In this document: positions 20,001 through 26,889 of the stretch, in pieces
How the letters are laid out: every line of letters starts with the position of its first letter
Position numbering within the stretch: the first letter of the stretch is position 1
IMG/VR virus record: IMGVR_UViG_3300033067_000617
Coordinates: 1 to 30,132 of that record
DNA: 30,132 bases
Reading direction: 5' to 3' (one strand)
Source: a virus
Taxonomy: Duplodnaviria; Caudoviricetes
The notes under the pieces: generated by a model
The model's database searches: none
What the model was told of the DNA's origin: nothing
What the model saw: only the letters and a program-made list of their open reading frames with translations
Made by a program: the position numbers and the translations under genes

Positions 20001-23000
20001 AGGCAAGGGAGGCAAGGAGCGCGACCGTGCTGCGAATGATGCGCTGACAGAATACGATCGAGCGCGTTCGTTCTACTTCGGCACCCAAAAGAAAAACGCA
20101 CAGACCAAGGCCAAAGAAGGCAAGGACTACTTTGCCACGCCTGAGCCGGTCGGCCTGAAAATGGCCGAGTTTGCCGATGTGCGCCCAGGCGAGTCTGTAC
20201 TGGAGCCTTCTGCCGGGCATGGTGCGATTGCGCGCTGGTTTCCGGAGGATGCAAACCGAACCGCCATCGAACCAAGTACCGCGCTGCGCGCACGGCTGGC
20301 AATGGTGTTTGATGGCAAGATCATTGACTCTGACTTTGAAGGTCACAACATCGTCAACAAGTACGATGCGATTGTGATGAACCCGCCATTTGGCGTTGGC
20401 GGAAAGACGGCCGTTGATCATTTGTCCAAGGCTGCTGGTCATCTGCGCGAAGGCGGTCGAGTCGTTGCGCTGCTGCCATCCGGGCCGGCTGCCGACAAGC
20501 GGCTGGACAATTTCCTGTATGGCGAAACAGAGCGCGAGGTGAAGCCACTGCTGGAGCACCCAACGCTTGGGCCTGTGTACCGTGGCGACACAGTGAGCAC
20601 CAACGCGGCATGGGCAAAGCAAGGCGTGCTATCCCGCAAAGACCGTGGCGGCGGATACTGGCTTGAAGTAAAGACCCCTTCAGGAAAATCAGAATACCAG
20701 GTGAATCCTGCCGCATGGACGGCCGTTGAAGCAACAGGCAAGCGCAAGGAGACATATCGCCCGGCTGGTGATCTGTCGCTTGTGGCGGATATCAAGCTGC
20801 CATCTGTCACGTTCGAGCGCGCAGGCACCGGTGTTATGACGCACATTATCGTGCTGGAAAAGGGCAAGGCTGGCGCAGAGGCAGACGTTCAACAGGTTAA
20901 TCGTGATCTGGCTGGAATAGACAACATCAATGATCTATTCAAGCGCATGGAGAACATGACGCTGCCCAAGCGAGTCAACGCGGCTGAGCCACGTATTCAA
21001 GAATCTTCCAGCGAGAGTGGCGCCGTTGAATCTTCCGGCCCGGAAGCAGGCGCCAGTGGGCTGGACATTGTTGAGCACACCACCGCCAAGGGGAAAGTGC
21101 TGCGCGGAGTGATCCGCACCGATCTGACCCAGGCACAGGCAAAAGAGATTGACCCGTACACGTTCAAGAAAGATGGCGGGTATTTCATCAGGGATAGATA
21201 CTTAGGGCAAGGCGGCACACTCAACAGCACAGCCAGCCACACCACAACACAACAACGCATGACACAGCAGCAGCTGCAGGATCTGCTTCACAAGGCCGTG
21301 CCGCCGCATTTGCGCGGCATGATCAAGGTGGCGCAGAGCCGCAACGCCGAGACAGGTGGCAGCAACACCCATCAATCCACGGCCGACGAGGTGATTGACG
21401 ACGTTGAGGCCACCTACGACCCGACGACAAACGAAATCACCTTCTACGCTGACGCGATGGATTCGCCAGAGCGCGCCTTGTTCGTGCTCTCGCATGAGCT
21501 GACCCACTACGGCCTGGATGCGAAATACGGTTTTGGCCTATCCAATATCCTGCTGGAAACCCGCAACAACCCGATGATTGCCAAGCTGGCGGCGGCCATT
21601 GCCGTTGACAGAAGCATGACCGTCAACAGCGTGCGCCAGGATATTGCTGACGCGCTGGGCGTACCGGTTGCCCGCATAGCCCGGAGCGCGGCCATTCATC
21701 GCCTGCAAGTTGAAACCGCCAACGAGGCATTGGCCGAGCTGAATGCCGCCATCGAGCGCGACGACTTCGCCTATCTGCAGGAGCGTTATGGCGTGGCCGT
21801 GCCGAAGATGATGCGCAATGATCTGCGTGGCCGGCTGGCGCGCCTGACGGCTTCGGTTAAAGCATGGCTGGCCAAATTGACCGGCAAGCAAGCCACCGAA
21901 TACAGCGATAAGCAGGTTTGGGATTTGCTGGCTGGGGTGCGGGAAACGGTGCGTGGTGGCGGAAAGTTGTCTGCTGGGTATCGTGATGGCGCTGCACAGC
22001 ACAGCATGGCCGCGTCATCGAAAACAATCAACATTGACGGAGTGACACGCCCGACTACCAACAGCAACGGCAAGCCTATCGCACAGACCGAAGAAGGGCT
22101 GCGCAACTTCTGGCGCTGGTTTGGTGATAGCAAGGTGGTGGATAAGGATGGCAAGCCGCTGGTGGTGTATCACGGCACGGAGTCGGATTTTGATAGCTTT
22201 GACCAGAACAAGGTAAAAACCACAAAGCTAGGCTCTGGATTCTATTTTGCGAAAGACCCCGAAACGGCCAATCTGTATGCCGGATTCTCTGGCAGCAACG
22301 TGGTACCCGTATATCTGCGCATGGAACGCCCGCTAATTGCGTCTAGCGTAGAAGAAGCCCGGCAGATTCTGGAAGATAACGGCCAGTACATGAACATTGA
22401 TGAATTCAGTGGGACGCACGCCGCAGACATGGCAGACGTCTTGGCTAAAGCAGGGTTCGATGGGATCATGTACGACGGCGTTATGGTGGTTCAAAACCCC
22501 ACCCAAATCAAATCCGCCGTGGGCAACCAAGGCACATTCAATGGCAGCGCCCCTAACATTCTGCGCAGTACCGCCCCCAAACAACCCGCTTCGGCGGGTT
22601 TTTCTTTGCCAGAAGAAACCAAAGCCCATGCCACACAGCGCGAAGTGCAGGACAACATGAACCGCTGGCGTCAGGTACTGGAGAATGTGCGCGAGCAGGG
22701 CGGGCAGGTTGACGAGCAGAACGACGTGTACGGCGCAGAAGAACGTTTCCACGGCCGGACGGCAACGCGCATTGAGGACTTTGCGCGGGATGAGGTGGAG
22801 CCGCTGATGCAACGCCTGGCCGATTCTGGCCATTCGCTGCAGGATGTTGAACAATATCTGCTGGCGCAGCACGCCGAAGAAGCCAACGCCCGTATTCGTG
22901 AAATCGACGATAGCCGCGACACGGCTTTCGGCATGGAAGATGGCGAGGCGCAATCGATCCTGGCGAAGTTTGCCGCCATGCCTGACGCTGCCGAATTCAA

Positions 23001-25335
23001 ACGGCTGGCCAATGATTTCCGCCGCATTTCCGAAGGCACGCTGTCGCTTTATGTGAAGGCCGGCATTGTGTCGCCAGAAGCTGCGCATGCAATGCGGATG
23101 GCGTATCAGTTCTATGTGCCGGTTAAGGGTGGCGACGAGGATCAGGCCGCACGCCAAGGCACTGGCAAGGGTTTGAGCGTGAACGGCAAGCAAAAGCGCC
23201 GCATGGGCCACGATATGCGCGATGAGCATGTGCTTGAGAACATGCTGCGCGACCGTCAGCGCGCCATTGTTCTGGCCGAGAAAAACAACGTCGGCACCTA
23301 TCTGCTGGATCTGATCGAGCGCAACCCTGATCCGAAGCTATGGACGGTGAATGTGCTGCCGAAACAGAAGGTGCTGCGCGATCAGGTGTCGTATGTGGTT
23401 GAACTGAACGGCCAGATGCTGGACGCATTCAACAGCATGGAGGCGGCCCGCGTGTTTATCCAGGCCGAGGCGGCGCGCACAGGCAGCAAGCCAGGCGCGT
23501 TTGCCGTGTCGAAATCGTCTGATCCCTATGTGTCGATGATGGCCAAGCCAACCCTGCAGGATCATGAGGTGCAGGTTTACGTGCAAGGCCGGGCGGTACG
23601 TATCCAGTTGCACGATCCAATCCTGGCTGGCCAGTACCGGCGCATGGGTACGGAGCAGATGGGGCGGATTATCGAGGCGGGCAAATCACTGAACCGCTGG
23701 CTATCCAAGGTCTACACCGGCTACAACCCGGAGTTTTTCGTCAAGAACGTGGTGCGCGACCTGTTCGCTGGCACGATCAATCTGACAGCAGACCAAGGCG
23801 CAAAGGTGACGGCGCGGGCCTTGTGGCACTGGCCAAAGGCGGGCGCAGCGATGTTCAAGTTTGCGCTGACCGGCAAGGCGCCATCCGGCGACTATGGCAA
23901 GGCATTGCAGCGTTACCGTGCGGCTGGCGGATCTACAGGCGCCGCCTACATGGGCGACCTGGAGCGCCAGGCAAACACGCTGACGGAGCTGTACGAGAAC
24001 TATACCGGTGCGATGGCAACGCTGCAGCAGGGGAAGCCGTTCAAGGCGGCGCGCATCGCCGGTCGTAAGCTGGTACAAGGTTTGGCGCACTGGTTCGAGG
24101 TATGGAATCAAGCCGGTGAAAGCGCATTCCGCCTGGCCACCTTCATGGCCATGCAGGAGAGCGGAAAGACCGTGGCAGAATCGGCCAGCATGGCGAAAAA
24201 CGTAACGGTGAACTTCAACCGAAAAGGCGAGTTGACCCCGCAACTTGGCGCGCTGTATCTGTTCTTTAATCCGAACGTGCAAGGTTCGCAGCGGCTGTGG
24301 CAATCGCTATTCGGCGGCGACACCAAACACAAGGCGCAAGCATGGGCCTTGGTCGGCTCGATGGCGGGCGCCGCATTGGCGCTGGCGATGATGAATCGCG
24401 GCGACGACGAAGATGAATGGGAGGCTATCCCTGATAGCACGAAGGATCGCAACCTGATTATCCCGCTGGGCAACAAGCGCAAGCTGACCATCCCGCTGCC
24501 GTATGGCTATAGCTTCTTCGTTTCGATGGCAAACCGGCTTGATGCGTTAATGCACGGCGAATCGGCCGAGAAAGCCAGTATTCGCATGGCTTCCAGCTTC
24601 TTCGAGAACTTTAGCCCAGTCGGCAATCCGATTGGCGATGATCCGAAGTTGGAAAACATGCTGATGCTATTGCCAACTGCAATCAAGATCCCTGCCCTTC
24701 CGGCTGCCAACATTACTGATTTTGGCGGGCCGATGCGACCTGATTACAAGGAAACTCAGCCTGACAACGAAAAGATGTGGCGCGGCACACGCGGCAGTCT
24801 GTATGACAAGGCAGCACAAGGCATATCCAGCCTCTATGGATCGCCATATGAGAACAACTGGAACGATATCAGCCCGGAAACCATCAAATATCTGTTCAAA
24901 ACGCTGGCTGGCGGAACCGGTGGGTTTATGGCTGATTCGGCATCGCTGCTGAATGTGTTGGCCAGTGGCAGTGCGCCCGACGTGTCCGAGGTGCCTTTCC
25001 TTCGATCTGCCGTGCGCGAATCGACAGTAAAAGACGCCCGCGCCCGATTCTACGATTTGGGCAAGGACGCCAAAGGCCACGTCGAAGCATGGAATCGTGC
25101 CGTTGAGGCCGGCGACGACAAGGCTGCGACAGAGTACGAGCAGGATGGCGAGCTGATGGCACTAGGCCAAATGATGGACGGCTACCGCAAGCAGGCGACT
25201 GCATTACGGGATTTGATGGCGCTGGAAATGCAGCGCGAGGATCTGACGCTGGCGGAAAAGCGGATGAAGCAGAAATCCTACGAGAGCCAGGAGGCCGAGA
25301 TTTACCGCGAGTACATCCGCCAGTTCAAGCACTGA
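14029..25335 (+). CDS. Large polyvalent (DarB-like) virion-ejected protein, 3768 aa
   Basis: SF2 helicase, N6A-MTase, HExxH peptidase, ART-like and LPD38-like motifs in one ORF; SD GAGG; last gene of the ejection cluster. Confidence 0.9.
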   Translation: MSKKKVVFDAYALLNSPEMSAYLDKQEAEQAEQKKRLVAEQEAKQRKTGGQQSRSVSDDELSPEALRRDNISQTTGDITGRANDVWQALKSGGATLIQGAGWLANEAGAHDSGQFLQDIGQIGQEQALANMTQAGREAQKNGVFKEDLSGVNDDWGRGMAQGIAGSAVPSIVGAMLGAPIARGIGAAGEAVLGRAVVSDGALGSVLDAATKYTPAPIMRLTGALPGAAGAGAGEAAVTGATNGAQAYQEVMDAPIESLRKSPAFQSLSKELGSEDAARKAIADRVSIQTAKDTALSTGLIGAAMGGGAVGSLLNKFAVKQGAKEVGKLGAKAAAKEVLKDGAKEFAEEFAQSGPEHYLQNAAKRDYLDPTIDPSTGMLRASLEGGVVGMGQGMGMSGGAHAVNHLLTRNDPQPAKQPQPQPQPAPVATPESVAGYDPIAPNQADLLRRMGVEADPVADAAAASVESVLGAGDPTAGLVASVMRGEALQPIHDMAAVRANTVLPVGSNEGGLYEPQWLPDAEQGESSNGMRMPRRGFDSQEQMLANAGMDARDVQRKADIASQVDAAWAQQQNPVQKARELESLAQESAVPVAIDRAEQSNQINQVLANAAGEGESVPNAMQLALQRAQNQGAAAKPEENTQKTAKSFMTDGASDVVAPQTITSQHGIAHAITEPDQADTAPNISDKAPSIPAPAPNISSDPALTMQQTERGQWLIKGDMAQHAGAIRDALKGMNVLVSPKKGQALVAMPKDKDTSKQAKAIRKALDHLLLNGEQLAQRDAQRAQAGERMQARNKQALQVDHANDDILQAIAKMGGIDTEQALSEWWRGQSETVGHYNAEVPGNLRRQGAFAFKRGGQPIDTVIRRLEGEGYLPEGATPNDLLDAIEQRRLHPAGMEEQARREFDARQQEEQANAPGEFQQAYDEGRFADEFTKRELEEETDYFELNRQNREAAEDAAATAEAAELDRLIDNAPVIASKSGPVTEEELDAIFGQQPRNTAAEGTQTDREPAAGRSMEGTESGTATAEAAPEEDGFGLAGYTESDLRREERAAEQQQREVERQRAAADKARQDEETRKEIRRRSEAAADTFTLGGNAEDNLTGQGGLFDAPAESSSEQNADRSPEKVPDLAPNAASSAEMDALKAEMGDAIGELASILGARKNLTPEEESRIIPVMSKIFRIAAKMGFVKFRDAAQHVMSQIRQLAGDEIADKLSIDNLQAGYINIASEIGGDKREALAYDSIEQLEKDKDHVTDQRSGSDLERNSADATPENGVGAQGVRAGRAGNGRTGRSGVESTQGEVGQRDSIGPDEREAADSGERSDSEVYAGSPIVTPGSAGSRVDIGSTDSGIPGLPVEPQATSQIARVAKSDHRKQLAKDEQREADKHAANASVADALPILTEGQQQDVVKAEARFALPDGYGMLFTNGTGTGKTFTGLGVIKRFVNNGKTNILVVAPNDKIIEDWQRSGKMLGLDLARLANTSEAGKGLVITTYANMGANNALAGRDWDLVVHDEAHYLAMDKDGTNTNALKVLRAISLHHDGAYHRHAMLNADEIALANRLAKEAEMQRTSDNEQEWYLANETQAKADKLANELSKKLDAIKADVASRQGAARTRVVFLSATPFAYEKTIDWANGYLFDYNEGRSNEENSYRGYNQGSNREQFFMQHLGYRMRYGKLTAPDAKVDAGLMQRQFNAYLKKKGSLSGRMLDVKADYDRRFILVDSAIGKRIDDAFEWLRDKSAGTDASATEYRSMIDHLYEKFDYLARRYLLESIKAREVVPHIREHMALGRKVVVFHDYKKGGGFNPFIFSGEMFDHNAVDAFNQEFRDIINSSLFRQSSPIDMFKQEFPDVLLFNGDVPANQRRANVAKFQDDASGPQIILVQSAAGKEGISLHDTTGKHQRVLFNLGQPTQPTTAIQQEGRIYRTGQVTDAIFRYLNTGTNWEKLAFATTIAQRASAAENLGMGEMARALKDAFIAGFEESDNYRAGMEGEGKGGKERDRAANDALTEYDRARSFYFGTQKKNAQTKAKEGKDYFATPEPVGLKMAEFADVRPGESVLEPSAGHGAIARWFPEDANRTAIEPSTALRARLAMVFDGKIIDSDFEGHNIVNKYDAIVMNPPFGVGGKTAVDHLSKAAGHLREGGRVVALLPSGPAADKRLDNFLYGETEREVKPLLEHPTLGPVYRGDTVSTNAAWAKQGVLSRKDRGGGYWLEVKTPSGKSEYQVNPAAWTAVEATGKRKETYRPAGDLSLVADIKLPSVTFERAGTGVMTHIIVLEKGKAGAEADVQQVNRDLAGIDNINDLFKRMENMTLPKRVNAAEPRIQESSSESGAVESSGPEAGASGLDIVEHTTAKGKVLRGVIRTDLTQAQAKEIDPYTFKKDGGYFIRDRYLGQGGTLNSTASHTTTQQRMTQQQLQDLLHKAVPPHLRGMIKVAQSRNAETGGSNTHQSTADEVIDDVEATYDPTTNEITFYADAMDSPERALFVLSHELTHYGLDAKYGFGLSNILLETRNNPMIAKLAAAIAVDRSMTVNSVRQDIADALGVPVARIARSAAIHRLQVETANEALAELNAAIERDDFAYLQERYGVAVPKMMRNDLRGRLARLTASVKAWLAKLTGKQATEYSDKQVWDLLAGVRETVRGGGKLSAGYRDGAAQHSMAASSKTINIDGVTRPTTNSNGKPIAQTEEGLRNFWRWFGDSKVVDKDGKPLVVYHGTESDFDSFDQNKVKTTKLGSGFYFAKDPETANLYAGFSGSNVVPVYLRMERPLIASSVEEARQILEDNGQYMNIDEFSGTHAADMADVLAKAGFDGIMYDGVMVVQNPTQIKSAVGNQGTFNGSAPNILRSTAPKQPASAGFSLPEETKAHATQREVQDNMNRWRQVLENVREQGGQVDEQNDVYGAEERFHGRTATRIEDFARDEVEPLMQRLADSGHSLQDVEQYLLAQHAEEANARIREIDDSRDTAFGMEDGEAQSILAKFAAMPDAAEFKRLANDFRRISEGTLSLYVKAGIVSPEAAHAMRMAYQFYVPVKGGDEDQAARQGTGKGLSVNGKQKRRMGHDMRDEHVLENMLRDRQRAIVLAEKNNVGTYLLDLIERNPDPKLWTVNVLPKQKVLRDQVSYVVELNGQMLDAFNSMEAARVFIQAEAARTGSKPGAFAVSKSSDPYVSMMAKPTLQDHEVQVYVQGRAVRIQLHDPILAGQYRRMGTEQMGRIIEAGKSLNRWLSKVYTGYNPEFFVKNVVRDLFAGTINLTADQGAKVTARALWHWPKAGAAMFKFALTGKAPSGDYGKALQRYRAAGGSTGAAYMGDLERQANTLTELYENYTGAMATLQQGKPFKAARIAGRKLVQGLAHWFEVWNQAGESAFRLATFMAMQESGKTVAESASMAKNVTVNFNRKGELTPQLGALYLFFNPNVQGSQRLWQSLFGGDTKHKAQAWALVGSMAGAALALAMMNRGDDEDEWEAIPDSTKDRNLIIPLGNKRKLTIPLPYGYSFFVSMANRLDALMHGESAEKASIRMASSFFENFSPVGNPIGDDPKLENMLMLLPTAIKIPALPAANITDFGGPMRPDYKETQPDNEKMWRGTRGSLYDKAAQGISSLYGSPYENNWNDISPETIKYLFKTLAGGTGGFMADSASLLNVLASGSAPDVSEVPFLRSAVRESTVKDARARFYDLGKDAKGHVEAWNRAVEAGDDKAATEYEQDGELMALGQMMDGYRKQATALRDLMALEMQREDLTLAEKRMKQKSYESQEAEIYREYIRQFKH
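16065..16122 (+). repeat. Three direct repeats at 21-bp period inside the giant gene
   Basis: AGCTCCGAACATTTC (16065), AGCTCCGAGTATTCC (16086), AGCTCCGAACATTTC (16107). Confidence 0.85.
16991..17203 (+). CDS. Putative nested +1-frame small helical protein
   Basis: SD GAGGA at 16978-16982; ARRLIESLPPEDQWKVLKVARQL amphipathic helices; host frame is a disordered linker here. Confidence 0.5.
   Translation: MPSSANNRETPQQKARRLIESLPPEDQWKVLKVARQLQKLRQKKMDSALPATQKAISDAKNGPPSNSNEK
17717..17745 (+). promoter_or_regulatory. Putative internal sigma70 promoter for the nested gene
   Basis: GTGATA-N17-TATGAT, 31 nt upstream of ATG 17777. Confidence 0.5.
17777..18151 (+). CDS. Putative nested +1-frame 124-aa alpha-helical protein
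   Basis: Globular composition with genome-typical codons (CTG, GCG, CCG, AAG), while the host frame uses GGA, CGA, AGA and ACT and is low-complexity. Confidence 0.7.
   Translation: MSLTSVAAPIWNEIAQTQHLKTAWARKAFALDGQGMAELEDQEWKALKAKSDSETASALMNVKPLILENVAIAKFTQDHPSLRQVLPEVVSISEALILASQDYPLNRKQQARLRELLKATIENS
18200..19960 (+). other. SF2 helicase domain (strawberry-notch-like) of the giant protein
   Basis: Walker A GTGTGKT (~18304), DEAH (18562), SATP (18883), GISLHD (19693), QQEGRIYR (~19777). Confidence 0.85.
20125..20865 (+). other. N6-adenine DNA methyltransferase domain of the giant protein
   Basis: DYFATP, VLEPSAGHG (motif I), NPPF (20380, motif IV), TFERAGTGV. Confidence 0.9.
21400..21760 (+). 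other. Zincin-like metallopeptidase (MPTase) domain
   Basis: EATYDP...HELTH (21493-21507) with downstream EALAE. Confidence 0.7.
22090..22560 (+). other. ADP-ribosyltransferase-like (ART-PolyVal-type) domain
   Basis: FWRWFGDSKVVD, VYHGT, GFYF, PVYL, GFDGI, PTQIKS motifs. Confidence 0.75.
22583..22607 (+). terminator. Intragenic rho-independent terminator in the giant gene
   Basis: AACCCGC-TTCG-GCGGGTT followed by TTTCTTT; cUUCGg tetraloop. Confidence 0.65.
23650..25335 (+). other. LPD38-like C-terminal region
   Basis: YNPEFFVKNVVRD, VTVNFNRKG...LYLFFNPNVQG, IPLPYGY; boundaries approximate. Confidence 0.65.
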
Positions 25336-25680
25336 TCAGTTGCAGACCCGCGAATAGCCACTGCCGGTACACATCTTGCCGGTGCCGTAGTTGTAATAGG
25401 TGTTGCTGTCGCGGTTATAGTTCCACATATTGCCATCGGCATCGGTGCCGCTCTGGTTGCCGCTCCGGTCGCTGTGGCTGCGCCACTGGCTGCCGGTGTT
25501 GGCGTTGTTGCCGTAAGTATCGCTGGAGCCATCTGCATAGCGGCTGGTGTTGGTCATATTGCCGGTGGCTGGGTCATAGTGGCTGCTGCTGCGCGGCGTG
25601 CGTGGCTTGTATTCGTATGGGTTATCCCATGCCAGTGCGTTGCCGGCCAGCAGTGCCAGGATCAGGGCGGATAGTTTCAT
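25336..25680 (-). CDS. Small exported protein (moron)
   Basis: Signal peptide MKLSALILALLAGNALA; SD AAGGAG; C-terminal Cys pair. Confidence 0.8.
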   Translation of the reverse strand: MKLSALILALLAGNALAWDNPYEYKPRTPRSSSHYDPATGNMTNTSRYADGSSDTYGNNANTGSQWRSHSDRSGNQSGTDADGNMWNYNRDSNTYYNYGTGKMCTGSGYSRVCN

Positions 25681-25711
25681 GGTTCAACTCCTTGTTGATG
25701 ACGTGGGTTGG

Positions 25712-25755
25712 GCTGCAGGTATCTGCAGCATAGCGAAAAAGGGTGTAACGCAAAA
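25712..25755 (-). promoter_or_regulatory. Putative moron promoter with overlapping palindrome
   Basis: -10 TATGCT (25727-25732), -35-like TTGCGT/TTTGCG; GCTGCAG-GTAT-CTGCAGC at 25712-25729. Confidence 0.45.
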
Positions 25756-25795
25756 CCCCGCCCCTCGCTGCTGATGCGATGTGAGGGAGAGGCGG
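25752..25795 (-). terminator. Putative terminator after the antirepressor gene
   Basis: On the minus strand CCCGCC...GGCGGGG followed by TTTT. Confidence 0.5.
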
Positions 25796-25806
25796 GACGG
25801 GGGAGG

Positions 25807-26601
25807 TCAGGCGGCTTGGCGCGGGATGTCGAACTTCTGGCCGGTCTTGCCGCAGATGCGGTTGAGGTCGGCCAGTGTATCGACCGCGCCCCACCATGCC
25901 TTGCCGACTGCCTTGGTCATGTCGGACATGGAGAGAATCACCATGTCGGGCTGCACCTCATTCCAGACCAGATGACCTTCGGCGGTCATGTGTACCAGCC
26001 AGCGTTTGCTGGCGAATAGTTCCGGTAACGATAGTGCGGCAGTCGGCTCTGGCAGGGTTGCGCGAGTCAACAGGCTGACGGCCTCGGCAAACTCATGGCG
26101 CGGAATGTCGCGATACGCCACGCCGAAATGTGATTTGAGCTTGCTCCACATCTTGATGGCCGCGCCGCCCTGCTGTTCTTTGGGCAGGGTTTCGACGTGG
26201 GCTTTGACCAGCCCGCGCAAATAGTCCTGCTCGTCTTTGGTCAGGGTGTCGGTTTTGCCGACTGAATACGGCGTTTCGTATTTGCCGGTCTTGCGGATGG
26301 TGGGCAGGACTTCATCCATTACCCATTCTTCAAACCGCTCGGCTTCTGGTTTGCGGCTTTTGACGATCAGTCGGTACAGGTTGCCTTCGTTGATGAAGGT
26401 CATTTCCTGATTGCCCTTGTCCGTAAGGGTGTCGCGTTTCGCGACACCCTTCTCTTTGCAGTGTTTTGCTACGGCGTCGCGAGGGTTCGCATAACCCAGT
26501 ACGCTGCATACATCGTTCGCCAAAAACCAAAGCTCATTGCGCTCGTCGGCAAAGGTGCGGACTTCAGCAGATTCAAATTTGAAGATAGAAGAGGTGTTCA
26601 T
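25807..26601 (-). CDS. ant: Phage antirepressor, BRO-N domain
   Basis: WFLANDVCSVLGY, FINEGNLYRLIVKSRKPEAERFEEWVMDEVLPTIRKTGKY; C-terminal WSKLKSHFGVAYRDIP. Confidence 0.9.
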   Translation of the reverse strand: MNTSSIFKFESAEVRTFADERNELWFLANDVCSVLGYANPRDAVAKHCKEKGVAKRDTLTDKGNQEMTFINEGNLYRLIVKSRKPEAERFEEWVMDEVLPTIRKTGKYETPYSVGKTDTLTKDEQDYLRGLVKAHVETLPKEQQGGAAIKMWSKLKSHFGVAYRDIPRHEFAEAVSLLTRATLPEPTAALSLPELFASKRWLVHMTAEGHLVWNEVQPDMVILSMSDMTKAVGKAWWGAVDTLADLNRICGKTGQKFDIPRQAA

Positions 26602-26612
26602 GGTCGTTCTCC

Positions 26613-26620
26613 GTTCTTAG
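26613..26620 (-). promoter_or_regulatory. Downstream antisense target (a2-like) abutting the ant SD
   Basis: CTAAGAAC immediately 5' of GGAG SD on the minus strand. Confidence 0.7.
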
Positions 26621-26645
26621 TCGGAATTGACCGCCATCAACATGA

Positions 26646-26729
26646 GGCGGCCGGGAGGCTAAGAACCTGAAAACCACAGGCGGACTTCTTCCCCTTGCGG
26701 GTATTTTATCCGTCGCCCTCCCGGCCATT
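26646..26729 (-). ncRNA. C4-like antisense RNA
   Basis: Closing stem GGCCGGGAGG/CCTCCCGGCC, inner CCC-GCAA-GGG hairpin, and GGTTTTCAG-GTTCTTAG complementary to upstream and downstream targets. Confidence 0.75.
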
Positions 26730-26765
26730 GACCGTGAGTGCTCGAAGCCGGCAGGCTACGGGCGC

Positions 26766-26818
26766 AAAAAATCCACGTCTGACGGGCGTGGGGCAATCCG
26801 GGTTTTCAGAGTTCTTAG
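26766..26818 (-). promoter_or_regulatory. Upstream antisense target (a1/b1-like) plus attenuator terminator
   Basis: CTAAGAAC-T-CTGAAAACC-CGGA, then CCACG...CGTGG-ATTTTTT. Confidence 0.7.
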
Positions 26819-26830
26819 GCTCTTGCCCGA

Positions 26831-26859
26831 ATCATATCCCCATCCCCACCGCGTTGCAA
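26831..26859 (-). promoter_or_regulatory. Sigma70 promoter of the C4/ant operon
   Basis: TTGCAA-N17-TATGAT. Confidence 0.8.
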
Positions 26860-26889
26860 TATCAGTGGTCGTTGATGCCTGTGGACAAC

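Noticed and set aside
19540-20622. Long antisense ORFs (also 2440-3306, 6729-7568, 18148-19026, 22333-23229)
   Set aside because: Typical reverse-frame shadows of GC-rich genes with no recognisable motifs
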